A stretch of DNA of 64,000 bases from Octopus vulgaris (lineage: Eukaryota), in assembly GCA_951406725.2 (NCBI GenBank), contig OX597814.1, positions 210,242,001-210,306,000 on the forward strand, given 5' to 3'. Shown here one piece after another: positions 29,399 through 43,332 of this stretch. The notes under the pieces are model-generated. The model saw only the letters and a program-made list of their open reading frames with translations. It was not told the origin of the DNA and made no database searches. The stretch's first letter is position 1. Each line of letters opens with the position of its first letter. The position numbers and the translations under genes were made by a program.

Positions 29399-29836
29399 GA
29401 GTGTGTACCTTTGTGCATTTGTGCGTGTAAATGTACGTGTGTGTGTGTGTGTATGTGAATGTATTTGATGGACGTCAGTTTTTTGTTGGTTCCTGGTTTG
29501 ATTTTGCTGTTATCTAATCTTTTATTTCTCATCTTATACTGTTATGGGAAATTCGATATAAGACGGTATTATTATAGACTAGTTTTTTCTCTCTTTATGT
29601 TGGTAGCTTTTGCCCTGAATGAGAAGAGGAAATGTCTACATTTGTTTTTTAAGTGTTGGGTGGGTCTCATGATCTAATACGGTACTGTACATTATGAGAA
29701 CATTAATATTTGTGAGAGTGTTTCCTGAATCTGTATCCGAAATATTTCCATCCTAGCTTATTTCTTCTCGAATTTCCGCAGATTCAGGTATAAGCAAATA
29801 CTATATTTTTGCGGTGTAGATTTTTCTTCCTTCCCT

Positions 29837-30093
29837 CCTACCTACCTACCTACCTACCTACCTACCTACCTACCTACCTACCTACCTACCTACCTACCTA
29901 CCTACCTACCTACCTACCTACCTACCTACCTACCTACCTACCTACCTACCTACCTACCTACCTACCTACCTACCTACTTACCGACCTACCTATCTACCTA
30001 CCTGCCTACATAACTACCTACCTACATAGCTACCTACCTACCTACCTACCTACCTACCTACCTACCTATCCACCTTCTTACTTACCTACCTAC

Positions 30094-30146
<53 letters not shown>

Positions 30147-30223
30147 CATCCATCCATCTATCTATCTATCTATCTACCTATATATCTATCTATCGCTCTA
30201 TCTATCAATCTATCTATCTATCT
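29837..30223. repeat. (CTAC)n grading into (CTAT)n tetranucleotide array
   Basis: Seen directly. Confidence 0.95.
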
Positions 30224-30373
30224 CAGTCACGCACGACACCACCACAACACAAAGTTCATACACGTGACACAAAACACACACAACACACTCAAATCTCTCT
30301 CCCCGAATGTAGTAGGGAGATTTTAAAAGTACATATCGAAAAAAAATATACAAAAACCTTCTGAGAGAAGACT

Positions 30374-30860
30374 GTGAGGCGCAACAAAGCCACCATCAGC
30401 CCGAAAGGATGTGTGAGACCTTTCAACAGCAATTTGCCCGACTGTTCAAGACAACTGGTGGGTCAGAACGCAGGGTGGACTTTAGTGCCTACCTGCATGG
30501 CCTGCCACGACTCTCGGGGAGAGAGGCGGTGTGTTGTGACAGACCCATCACAGCGGCGGACGTACGGGATGCGATGGCAGGCTGCGCGAGAGACAAGTTG
30601 CCAGGCTTCGATGGTTTGCTCTACGAGTTCTATTATCATATTCCAGACTTGTTTGGAGGCGTCTTCGCAGCAGGCTACTGCAACTGGCAGCAAAACGGGA
30701 GTATCCCCAGTTTTGTGAAACGAGGAGCCGTGGCACTGCTAAAGAAAGATCCAAACAAGGGGAAAGTCATACATAACTTCAGGCTCATCACTCTGCTCAA
30801 CATAGATTTGAAGATTTTGGCCAAGGTGCTTGCCGAGAGGTTGGCGCTTGTCATCAAGAA
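30374..30860 (+). pseudogene. L1/Tx1-clade LINE ORF2 reverse transcriptase N-terminal fragment
   Basis: PITAADVRDAM...KLPGFDGLLYEFY...LLKKDPNK...NFRLITLLNIDLKILAKVLAERL, i.e. RT domains 0-2. GC-rich island, truncated on both sides. Confidence 0.88.
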
Positions 30861-31105
30861 AAAGGTAGTTTTCATTGTATAGGTGGCTATAGTGAAAGAA
30901 TGTCTGTGGTGGACTCGTGCGAAAAGTTTAGAGATAAACACTTTCCTATCCGGTCAATCGTTCACCAAATTTTTCAAGTACCACTTGAAAAAGGTGAGAA
31001 AAGTGAGGGAAATTTTGCCTCATAAAAGTTTCAATAAAAGGTGGGTGAATGTAACAAACATGGTACGCGTTAACGACGGAACCACTTTAAGCATTATCCT
31101 GTAAA

Positions 31106-31107
<2 letters not shown>

Positions 31108-31172
<65 letters not shown>
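31108..31172. repeat. (GA)n microsatellite
   Basis: Seen directly. Confidence 0.95.
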
Positions 31173-31177
<5 letters not shown>

Positions 31178-31319
31178 CGCATTGCTCTCCTCATTTACTT
31201 TCCCTGCCTGAGGTTACCGTGGTCTTTTCCGTAGGTGTTTCTTTCCACGGATAAGCCTCTTTTACATTTTTACGCCTTTTTTTTGCTGTTTACGAGTCAC
31301 AAACATTTTCGAACTCTTT

Positions 31320-31435
<116 letters not shown>

Positions 31436-31885
31436 TTATTTATCAGCCTGTTTATCTATCTGCTGAATGATTGATACATACATATATCTGCCTTTATGTA
31501 TGCATTGTATATATGCAAGCACAATCACACACGCACACACACACACACACACTCGCACACAAACACACACACAAACACACACACAGACAGACATTCACAT
31601 ACACGCATTAATCCTTAGGCAAGCTCTAATAATGTTTTTTGCTCTTTAGTTATTGGGTGGGCTAACTACCCAGGATCTGCTACTGTAAAGGGAGATTACA
31701 TTATGAGATATTCATTATCATTAGAAAACAGTCTTGTGAATCCATAGCAAAAATATTTCCAAAACAAGTATGTATCCTGTTGAATTTCTAGGATTTCATG
31801 TGATAAGCAAATAGTATATTAAAATTGTTTGCCCTTTCTGTTTGTATCTCTATTGAATTATCTAAGATACTTATATGCATGTACG

Positions 31886-31917
<32 letters not shown>

Positions 31918-31972
31918 TGTATGTATGTATGTATGTATGTATGTATGTATGTATGTTTCACTGTATACGTTG

Positions 31973-32003
<31 letters not shown>

Positions 32004-32006
<3 letters not shown>

Positions 32007-32220
32007 GTCATGATAGATCGTAAGCTCCTACACGCATTTTTTCTCTCCTTCTCTCTCCTTGTTTCTCTCCTTGTTTTTTTGTGTATCTTTCTGTCGAAGA
32101 TCGTAGGCTCCAAACGCAAAATACTTTTTCTATTTCTATTCCTGAGCGCTATACTAATACATTTGTTTGTTTGTACTCCACCTGCCTTCGTATTTTGTTT
32201 ATTTTCGTAAACTTTCCCGT
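32004..32220 (+). mobile_element. ~215-bp non-coding repeat in (TA)n with degenerate hammerhead motif
   Basis: Collinear with the reverse complement of 44063-44268. Flanked by (TA)n on both sides. Motif CTTT-CTGTCGA-A-GATCGTAGGCTC-CAAACGCA-AAAT at 32087-32122. Confidence 0.8.
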
Positions 32221-32270
<50 letters not shown>

Positions 32271-32271
<1 letters not shown>

Positions 32272-32538
32272 TTGTTGCCACTTCAACATAGCTGTTCCGA
32301 ACGGGACGGCGTCACTTCTATTTTTGAATCCCAACTGAACATTTTCTCCAGCTGGTTAACGACACATGTGTCCGATAAATTGTCAAATCGCTAGAAAATG
32401 GTAGGGGTTTGCTCCCGTGAGTTCGATATATTGAACACAGGTTGTGTCGGTATCAAACTGGAGAAAATGTTTTCCTGAGTTTCAAAAATCGTAGCAACGT
32501 CGTTCCGCACGGAACAGCCATGTTGAAGTGGCAACAAA
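32271..32538. mobile_element. MITE / fold-back DNA transposon derivative
   Basis: Terminal TTTGTTGCCACTTCAACATAGCTGTTCCG pairs with CGGAACAGCCATGTTGAAGTGGCAACAAA (28 of 29 bp). Pairing continues inward imperfectly (ATTTTTGAA/TTCAAAAAT, AACATTTTCTCCAG/CTGGAGAAAATGTT) for about 95 bp. Confidence 0.85.
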
Positions 32539-32776
32539 CATTACTTTCTACAGTATATTACTGCCTGCATCTCTTACAAGGATTTTAAAAGTAACTATTG
32601 TGTATATGTAACTACGTACACACACACAAACACACACACACACACATATATATACATGTATCTATGTATTTATGCATGTATTTATGTATATATATATATG
32701 TATTTGCACGTATGTATATATAAGTGCATAGACATACCATGTATATAGAATGAATGAAAGATGGATAAACTGAGGG

Positions 32777-32829
<53 letters not shown>

Positions 32830-33080
32830 TAGAAACTGGTAAGACAACAAAAGAAAGAAAGGGACCTCGATATTATGTAAATAGAGGAATTTATCTGTAA
32901 ATGTAATAAAACTCGGGGTTTTGTAATGGCTAACGAATAATTGTCACATATTACATTTACATATATATATATATATATATATCCTGTCAGTTTATCTATC
33001 TATCTGTCTTTCTTTCATTTTATCTCTATACATGTTATGTCTATACATATAAATACATACTTGTCTCCATGTATACATAC

Positions 33081-33120
<40 letters not shown>

Positions 33121-33162
33121 GTATACTTTATGTATGTATGTATGTATGTATGTATGTATTTT

Positions 33163-33201
<39 letters not shown>

Positions 33202-33209
33202 TTATATAT

Positions 33210-33882
33210 GAGGATAATATCGATATTTAAGTGTCGAAATTATCAAGTGGCCAGCATGAAAGAAATACCTTACAAAGGTAAACAAATTTTTAACAATTAA
33301 AAATGAGGGTGTCTAAAAGACACCAACATGCCGAAATAGCAGTCGAAACTCTGACTATAAAACCACGTTAAATGTTCATATCGCACCATGAGGTAAAGCG
33401 GAGGGGCAAAACATACAAGCAAAAATTATTGAATAATTCAAGATCCAAGGATTTCTGGTTCTGCTTTAGATAAATTATATATATAGATAAATCTCATATA
33501 TAAATTTATATAATTCGTTATTATATTCACTGCGGTGCTTATTTTAACCATATCGTACTTATGCGGTGATTTGGCGGGCGATTCAAGCTGGCTGTGTCCA
33601 TACGTGCATATGTATGTATGTGCGGCGCTCGTATATGTAAGTATATCGTTTGCTGTGCATATATATATCTGTATTTATGTACCCTTGATATATTCAATTG
33701 ATGACGGTAAAGCTTATCTAAAGCAGAACCAGAAATCCTTGGATCTTGAATTATTCAATAATTTTTGCTTGTATGTTTTGCCCCTCCGCTTTACCTCATG
33801 GTGCGATATGAACATTTAACGTGGTTTTATAGTCAGAGTTTCGACTGCTATTTCGGCATGTTGGTGTCTTTTAGACACCCTC

Positions 33883-33888
<6 letters not shown>
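33210..33888 (+). mobile_element. PLE-like fold-back insertion in (TA)n: 175-bp inverted repeats plus one-sided tail
   Basis: 33299-33473 is the reverse complement of 33714-33888 (no mismatch seen). An extra ~89-bp tail (33210-33298) lies only on the left. (TA)n on both flanks. Confidence 0.85.
33692..33751 (+). ncRNA. Type-I hammerhead ribozyme motif
   Basis: ATTCAA-TTGATGA-C-GGT...ACC-A-GAAA-TCC-TT-GGA-TC-TTGAAT. 6-bp helix I, core with U at position 3, near-palindromic helix III, AUC cleavage triplet. Confidence 0.65.
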
Positions 33889-33944
<56 letters not shown>

Positions 33945-34798
33945 TTCACATACAAAAATACATACATGTACTTGTCTATACGTGGAAGAGTGAATAAGTT
34001 TACGTTATTCAGTAATTTATCGCGTAATTTCTGGGAACATGGTTTTGTAATGATAAGTAACAACAGAACCTGGTAATGTAAAATATGGTGTTTTTACCAG
34101 AAACCATGAAATATAAACAAAAACCTTTCATATATATACTCTTACACGCAAATTCACAGATATAACATAACTTGTTTTTAAAAGGTATTAACTAGAGGTT
34201 CATAGTTTTATTTGATGCAGATGCTGTACTTCTTTATATATATAAAAAATAAGTTCTTATATACAAAGCAATGTGAAATACGATACTAACAATATACAAA
34301 TAAATCAAAGCAATTATAGAAAACTGAGAAAAATATTCTCTATAAAAACTGAATGTTCAAAACAAAATGGGAGCCAAGTACAGTAGATGATAAAAAAAAG
34401 AGCAGTAAAGGAACCATAGTATTAATGCAGATATTATTGAAAGTAATAAATTGTCTGGAGAGAATATTCTAACGAAAGAGAAAAAAATGTAAGGAAAACA
34501 TAAATTCGACAAGGCATGTATCTGGAAACATGAAAATGCGATAAATGAGTTTAATAAGGCAAGTGAAACTAGATAAAGATGGTTACATCGACTGCTTACA
34601 TGGAAAGGTAACGAAAAAAAAAAAACAGAACAGTAAAAAAGAAAAACAGGACAAAAAGAGCAACAAAACAAAACGAAAACAAGAGCAAAAAGACAAGAAC
34701 AACAACGAATGTACGATTAGAAAAAAATGAAGCAGGGGAGAATCCAATAAAATAAGGTGCAAATAAAACAGCTGCTTCGTATAGGGAAGAACAGAGAC

Positions 34799-34872
<74 letters not shown>

Positions 34873-34948
34873 ATGTTTGTATGTATATCTATGTATATAT
34901 GTAAGTATATAAATATGTATACATGTATGTATCTATCTATCTATCTAC

Positions 34949-35032
<84 letters not shown>

Positions 35033-35752
35033 ATATATATATATATAAGCATATATAAGCATGTATGGGTGTGTGTGTAGGATTTTATACAGATATAACA
35101 TCAAAATATACACGTACGTCTATAGAATTCCAAATATAGGAAGTAGGTGTACATGCATATAAGCATAAAATTACACCTAATTCCATAAACTTCCAACAGA
35201 GTTCATTCCATTTTATGTGTCCATACGCGCTACGACCATGTGCGTGTGTATAATTTCTTTCAAATCTGAAAAAGCATCATCTCTGCAGATAAATACACAC
35301 ATGTGTGTACTTTTAGGATATTCACGTAGAAACATGCTTACGTACGCCCATGCTCATATTTGCTTAAATATATACATGCACACAAACACGTAAACACATA
35401 TATGCATAAGGAAAAGATATAGAGAATAGTGAAGTGAGCGAGAAAGCGAATAAGATAAGTAAATCTTAATAACTTGGATATTTGTTCAACAGCTGCTGAC
35501 GATGTGAAGAATTAGATATCGGTTTCCATTGGCAAAAAACCCGAATCTTTATTGCTTACTTATATACGTAGAATGCAAGTAGTTCAATTAATATCGTTTA
35601 CAGTTTGTGAGCAGCATGCTTTATCGACAGGTGTGACAAACCACTATATATTTCTGTATACAGTGTCATCCACAAAATGTTTGAACTGTAACTACTTAGG
35701 GCACGTATCACTTCGTATACTAATGTGCGCTAGTTTTGTCAGCACATAACTG

Positions 35753-35877
<125 letters not shown>

Positions 35878-36062
35878 ATCTATCTATCTATCTATCTTTT
35901 TTTTATTTTTTGTTCTTTTTTTTTCCTTTTACGATCTTTTTTGATCGAAAACCTACGCCACCTTTTTTTTCTTTCTTTTTCTTTTTTTCATCCCCCAAAA
36001 GAAAAGCTCTACCTTGTAACTTGTCCCATCTGTGTGCAGCCCTGTGTGGCCAATAAAATAAC

Positions 36063-36157
<95 letters not shown>

Positions 36158-36514
36158 CCCACCTACTTGTCTATCTGTCTAGCTGTATGTCCGTCTCTCT
36201 GTTTATGTATCTATTTTTTATACCATCGAGCAATTTATTCCTATTTTTGAGAATATTATTGGTCAGAATGTTTACTTTTGCTGTTCGCTTATATATTCAC
36301 AAAAGCAATAGTATATTGTCTTAGGAGTTGTGTATAAAAGGAACCCTATTATTCGACCAAAAATATTTCCACGCCCTATTGGGAACTCTACTCTAACAAT
36401 GGCCTTTTATATGCCATAACTGACAAGCAGTTATACACTGCTTAGTGATATAGAAATATATAGGCTGGAAATCAATTCAGACAAACTTTACGTGACGCAC
36501 TATACGATTTAGAC

Positions 36515-36906
36515 GTGGAGGCGCAATGGCCCTATTGGTTAGGGCAGCGGACTCGCGGTCATAGGATCGCGGTTTCGATTCCCAGACCGGGCGTTGTGAG
36601 TGTTTATTAAGCGAAAACACCTAAAAGTTCCACGAGGCTCCGGCATGGAATGGTGGTGATCCCTGTTGTACTCTTTCACCACAACTTTCTCTCACTCTCA
36701 CTCTTACTTTCTGTTTCTGTTGTACCTGTATTTCAAAGGGCCGGCCTTGTCACTCTCTGTATCACGCTGAATATCCCCGAGAACTACGTTAAGGGTACAC
36801 GTGTCTGTGGAGTGCTCAGCCACTTACACGTTAATTTCACGATCAGGCTGTTCCGTTGATTCGGATCAACCGGAACCCTCGTCGTCGTAACCGACGGAGT
36901 GCTTCC
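36515..36906 (+). mobile_element. Full-length tRNA-derived SINE, family A type-1
   Basis: Matches 6018-6399. 13-bp TSD ATACGATTTAGAC at 36502-36514 and 36907-36919. Confidence 0.93.
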
Positions 36907-38104
36907 ATACGATTTAGACAGCAAGAAATGCACTTGGATATGAAACACTTTGCATGCAACAAAACTTTTTGGCATGGATATGTTTCCGTAAAACCTGAAG
37001 CGGATTCTCATGATAATATTAACAAGAGGAGTAGTCTGTCTATAACACATGACCGTAATATCATGTCATATCTAAAAGTCTATACTTTTTCAATGTAAGA
37101 GAAAGAGAGAGGTATGAAATATGTAATTAACAGCCGGTAGAGTATCATCCTTAAACTGCCATGATGAAGCCACAAATATCTGTTATGGCACACTTTTTTG
37201 AAGGACAATGCACATAATTAGCAAAGACCTGCATAATACATATTCGTACATAGACACACACATACAACACACTCGCGCACGCACTCCCTTATTTTTTCAA
37301 ACGGCCAAAACTGATTTGCTTTTCCTGCTAGAGCTGGAGTCTGTGTCCTTAGTTTTGCTCTGTCCTCGTGGTCTATGTCTCTACAAATAATATGAGACAC
37401 ATATTAAGGTGCATAACATTTCAAAATATAACATGTCGTAGGCACGGTACAGAACATTAGCTATCTGTGAGCTATAATACTAGAGACGATTGCATATTTG
37501 TACAAATCTATGTTTTGTCTTGTGCTCACAACATGAAATGCTTTGATCATGAAAATAGCTGTGCTTGATTCACCAAGGTGCTTTTGAAGCATTTTGTTTT
37601 CAGAGAGTAGCTTTCGGATCCTTAGAAAATATGCTCTTCAAATACGCTGTGAAGAACGCCAGTCGTTTTGAATTTCAAATACTTAATTAACAGATGTTGA
37701 GAAGTACTAAAGTCATTTTTGTATTCAAGAAAGCATTTTATAATCAGCGGCACACACGGACATACATACCCACAAAAGTATATATGCTAATACATACACG
37801 TGCATATGAGTATGTATATAAGTATGAGCGGAGCATATGGAAAACACGAGCTTTCATGATAACATTACTATAGCGGGAATAACCAGTTAGGCAGTTGGAC
37901 GTTTTTAACATTGAGTACATCCTTTGGATGTGACAACAGTTAATATTAACATTGACACCATTTACTGCAAATGCGACCCTCAGCTGGCTCAACATGAGGC
38001 GACATGCTTTGCGAAAAGCCACAACGTAAAGTCTGCCGCATATCGCGAAACCACGATCTTATATTCTGAGGCCAACTCCCAAGCAACTATATAGAACACC
38101 GTGA

Positions 38105-38141
<37 letters not shown>

Positions 38142-39744
38142 TTATGCATATGATATAGAAACAGGAAGTATAAGTGCTTAACATATAAAGTACCTTATAC
38201 GCACATTAAAAAAGTATAAACTGAGATTTTTCCTTCATTATAACCAGAATTCCTATGTAGTTTATACTTAAAGTTTGAGGATTCCTAAATTTGTAAACCC
38301 CAAATCCGTAAAGTATTGATAACATTTTAATAGAAATGGTTATATTTATGAGCTTTCATTATTCCTGCTACTTTGATGTTTAGATAGAAATTACTTGCAA
38401 ATCATTTCTTTTATTACAGGAATATAACAAGAACAACAAAAACAACAACAAATGTAATTATAATGACAATAATCAATGCTTCAAACTCCTGTTTAATTTG
38501 AAATATATTATGGTAAGCTCAAAACAAACATGTTATATTACCCCATGAATTTAAAATATAAGAATAGGATACTGAACGTGTGTTTCTTGTCTTTAATAAT
38601 GCAAAGTGAAGACTAATTTCATCTCCAATGTTTTATTATTTCTACAATGGTCTTTTTACCAAAATGTCTTGATATATCCTGTGCCTTTATTGCACGTTAT
38701 CCCGCGATAAGCGAGCAAACAACGGTTTCACTTTTAACCATCAGAAATGGGCATATAAAAAGAATATGAATTTCGTTTGATGTCTTTCAACCTTTTGTTA
38801 ATTTTTATATGGTGACTACTAATGCTTCGCATGCATGAACAGAAAAAAAAAACAATAGACAAAAATCAAACGCGAAACATCATCATTTTATGAAAGGAAA
38901 TAGATTTGCAAATGCTTCAATCTTAAAGATTTATGAGAAGCATAAAGAAACACCAACTTTAATTACACCTGTCAAATATCAATAACACTTTGAATATTTT
39001 CCGCAATCCCACTTGACATAACAATGGACTATTATAAGGTGGGAGTTAATATAAGCATATAGCCCTTATCGCCCATAACTATTGAAATTGACGGTAAACT
39101 AAAAATTGGAGATATTTGAAAGCTATTAAGCGAGTATAAACAATAAAGCATGAAAAATATTCAGAAAGGTTTTTGTTGAAATTCTTCATCGGCGCATCCA
39201 AAATCCTCAAGAAATGTGTGGGTGTGTGTGTGAGTATATACGTCGAAAACTTGCCTTCTGTAAACTAAATAGGAAGTCCGTACTTAACATATTAGTGTAA
39301 TCTTGTTTATCTGTACAGATTGTCGACTCAAAAGTCCATTGTTATTAAACTACAGGATTGATAAGAATCTAACATGAAAATAACACTCTTCTATGAAAAG
39401 CATTCTGCACATATCACTTAATATAAACTTCAAATAAGTCTTTCTAAATCAATTATTCCAACATACATCAACCCAATTTAGTTTGGAGAGCAAAGTAAAA
39501 AGAGAAGCTATGTTAACATGAAATACAAAATGACAATAACGCAAACCCTTAAGGAATATATAAATACACGATAATATTGTTGATACATCCAATATGTTTT
39601 CAGATTTTAAGTAAGGCTAATGTAAGTGTAAATTCAACAACCGTAAACTCGACTCGATGACAATAATAGTAAGTCAACACACCATTAAAAATATCGTCAT
39701 TAGTAGTAATAAATTACAACATATATATTTATGTGTATAAATAA

Positions 39745-39806
<62 letters not shown>

Positions 39807-40052
39807 TAAATAAAACACATGCATATATATATACATATATGTACGTACCTACCTCTACATGTATATGTACACGCATATAATGAGTACAGGACACTAAAAA
39901 AACGTCGACCGCAATGAGAAACGAAAACATAGACACAAACCCAAGGAACTGGACATTTTTCTTAAACAAAAAAAAAATAGAGTACAGGACAAATAACATA
40001 AGGAAAAAAAACCCTTCTTCAGTCGCCATGGTTTCATCTACTCTACGTGTCG

Positions 40053-40136
<84 letters not shown>

Positions 40137-40147
40137 TATATATATAT

Positions 40148-40184
<37 letters not shown>

Positions 40185-40230
40185 TATATATATATCTTTA
40201 TATATATATATAAAGATATATATATATATA

Positions 40231-40414
40231 AAGAAAGAAATAAGAGACAGTCAGAAATTTGGATAATTCTTTACTTTTAGCGCTTTCCTCCACTCAGAAC
40301 GATACTTGAAAAATCCCCAGGAATCAATGGAATCGTTAACAATAAAGACGTATCCAAATTTTGACTGCTACCTTTTTTTCTTAATATGCAATATCTGTAT
40401 ATCCCTTCAGACAC

Positions 40415-40418
<4 letters not shown>
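40231..40418. mobile_element. Small degenerate fold-back with tail in (TA)n
   Basis: 40231-40265 (AAGAAAGAAA...CAGTCAGAAATTTGGATA) is an imperfect inverse of 40351-40382 (TATCCAAATTTTGACTGCTA...TTTCTT). A 36-bp tail follows, then (TA)n. Confidence 0.55.
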
Positions 40419-40488
<70 letters not shown>

Positions 40489-40718
40489 TGCTCAGATAGG
40501 GATGTCAACACAAGCGTCGTGTTGGAAATGTATACCTTTCAAAGTGACACAGTGTAACTGATCTCATAAATAAAGGAATTCTTATTTCTAAATCTCCCAA
40601 CGAGAAACATTCAGTAACAGTATTCCAGAGTAAATATTATATTTGCCAACATAATGTGGGAGCCCTGATGAGGACGAGTTTTACTTTCATATGTATATAT
40701 AGATACACACACCCACAC

Positions 40719-40773
<55 letters not shown>

Positions 40774-40802
40774 TGTACATACATATGTATACACACACAA
40801 AC

Positions 40803-40835
<33 letters not shown>

Positions 40836-40861
40836 TGTACATACATATGTATACACACACA

Positions 40862-40896
<35 letters not shown>

Positions 40897-41450
40897 AATT
40901 TCTTAGGTTGGTCGTAACCTCGCTGTCTACAATACATTTACGCCAATGTATATATAGTTAACTGAAATATGGCCATTTCAATGGAGTTAGATGCTATTCT
41001 TCATTTGTCTTGTCATGGCCATTATTTTCATTATGCTAATGTTAATTAAATCTTCAGAGTAATTTGTCATTAAAATACCAAATAATTAAATATGCTATGG
41101 GATTCCTTGTAACTGACTCACATTCATCAATATCTCATCGCAGCGAAGTTGCTAGCGAGCAAAAGAGATATATTTACTTCCCAACTCCCATACAGTCAAT
41201 TGTCTAAAATAAATCACTTTCCTCCACCATGGTATTATTCAATATCTTCCTTCTCATTTCCATCTGTTATTTATTACACATGAAATACTATCAATGTAAT
41301 CAGCATTGCATAATTCAAAATACATAGATTACACCCACCCATACACACCCACACATATATATAGGAAAATGCTGATGTGCAAATTAGCACAATGCTAAAG
41401 CAGCTAGGGATTCATTTAGGATTTAGCCAAACCATCTAGTGATCGTGTAG

Positions 41451-41500
41451 TCACTACTGATGAAGTTGTATTTTCAAGTGAAACTACACTAGTAGAGTGG
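41451..41500 (+). ncRNA. Type-I hammerhead ribozyme motif
   Basis: TCACTA-CTGATGA-AGTTG-TATTTT-CAAGT-GAAA-CTA-CAC-TAG-TA-GAGTGG. Canonical core, 3-bp helix III, GUA triplet, one mismatch each in helices I and II. Confidence 0.7.
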
Positions 41501-41582
41501 TCTCGCTCGCTGTGGGGGCATTTATCTCCAAAGTCAGTATATGAAAACGTGCTTTCATGCGGCTCTAAGAATCGTTTAGCTT

Positions 41583-41726
<144 letters not shown>

Positions 41727-41732
41727 ATGTCT

Positions 41733-41960
41733 GTGGATGCACATGGCCAAGTGGCTAGAGCCGCGGACTCGCGGTCGAGGGATCGTGGGTTCGAATCTCA
41801 GACCGGGCGAATGTGTATGCTTATGAGCGAAACACCTAAGCTCCACGCGGCTCCGGCAGAAGGTAATTGCGAACTTCTGCTGACCTTTTTGTCACAACTT
41901 CCTCTCAATCTTTCCCCCTGCATCTTGCAGCTCACCTGCGACGGGATGGCTCGAGAAGGA
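41733..41960 (+). mobile_element. Diverged tRNA SINE (family A-like head) inside (TATC)n
   Basis: GTGGATGCACATGGCCAAGTGGCTAGAGCCGCGGACTCGCGGTC...GGTTCGAATCTCAGACCGGGCG head, followed by a third type of 3' body. Confidence 0.75.
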
Positions 41961-41961
41961 A

Positions 41962-42043
<82 letters not shown>

Positions 42044-42734
42044 GTCTGTCTGTCTGTCTGTGTATACACACGCACTTATATATGTATGTAAACGTGTGTG
42101 TGCGTGCGTGTGTATGTGTGAGTGAATATGCGTGGGCCCATATATGTGCGTAAGAAACTGGTAGTATTTTTAGAGCGTCCCGTATAATGCTTTTAGATAT
42201 TTGATCCGTTCCTACATTTTGATACGTATTGCTGTTGATATCAGCATTGCACTCCATTCCATTTCCTCAGACGACAAATTATGTATGAGGCAAAAACAAG
42301 GACTGACTCATCGCCCATTTTTCTCTCTAACCGTCTCGATAATACGATGTCGAGCTAGAAAGGTGTTAGAGGCCGACCGCCAAGTCTGTCATGAGATATA
42401 AAGAATAAAGTTGCTAAGGAATAGTAAATCCTTTCTTTGTAGAGAAACAAATATCCTGGATATGAAGCGTAGAGTTGAAGAGTAGAAAAGAACGGAAATA
42501 TTGAAAAGATGGTATCTGTGCATCTCTCTCTTGTTCCCAGATCTCTCACACTATGAATGTTTGTATATAGAACATGTGTTTTCTGTGGCTAAAGAGTGTA
42601 CGACTTTTATTTATAGCAATACCTGTGCTCCCTGCCCCGGTCACATTTTTGTAAAAATGATTATTTCCTTTTTGCTTTTAAATTCTGTCTAGCCACCTTA
42701 ATTATTATCATATATATATATATATAGTGAACTT

Positions 42735-43285
42735 TGTGGAGTAAGAGTTTGACTCTTTGGGGATGCATGAAAAGTGATGATACAAGATAGTTGGTTAAAA
42801 TTGACGATAACTTGAATAGTGCCAAATACATTCACTTGCTGAAAGACAATTTGATACCAGACTTGAAGGCGAACTTTTTCAGTATGAGGGTGCTCCATGC
42901 CACAAATCGCGTGCAGCACAAAGAAGTCTGTCTGATAAGGGTGTTAATGTATTGCAAGTTTGTCCAGCTCAGACCCCTGACTTAAATATCGAGTAAATGT
43001 GGACAGAACTAAAGGGACGTGTTCGTAAGAAGAATGCACGCAATTTTGAATAGATATGAGGGCTCAGCCACGGAGAATCGGAGCTGTGAAGATGGTGAAG
43101 TATTTGTACGCATATCTTCACAAGCGCGTTGACGTAATTATTCAAGCTAAAGGAGGCCACATGAAACATTAACTTCTTGAAATGAACGCTATGTAATAAA
43201 TTATCATTGTATACATTTTTGTTTTAAAACACAATATGTTGATTGGTTTATGTAAGGTGGCCGAAAACGTGTGCACGGCCATTTT
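42735..43285 (+). pseudogene. Tc1-like transposase C-terminal relic
   Basis: RLVKIDDNLNSAKYIHLLKDNLIP...QYEGAPCHKS...PAQTPDLNIE*MWTELKGRVRK...IQAKGGH across frameshifts, i.e. DDE region motifs QDNAPCH and SPDLNPIE. Confidence 0.8.
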
Positions 43286-43332
43286 TTGTGATCGTCTCAT
43301 GGTAATATATATATATATATATATATATACAG

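Noticed and set aside
33333-33346. GAAATAGCAGTC read as a hammerhead 3' half (also ~43383 and 275 on the minus strand)
   Set aside because: It is antisense to the element orientation defined by the tail and the complete hammerhead, and has no upstream core. Treated instead as the sense motif GACTGCTATTTC.
40700-40895. Repeat-spacer-like array (two ~36-bp units separated by TA runs)
   Set aside because: Local duplication of compound microsatellite in eukaryotic DNA; not CRISPR.
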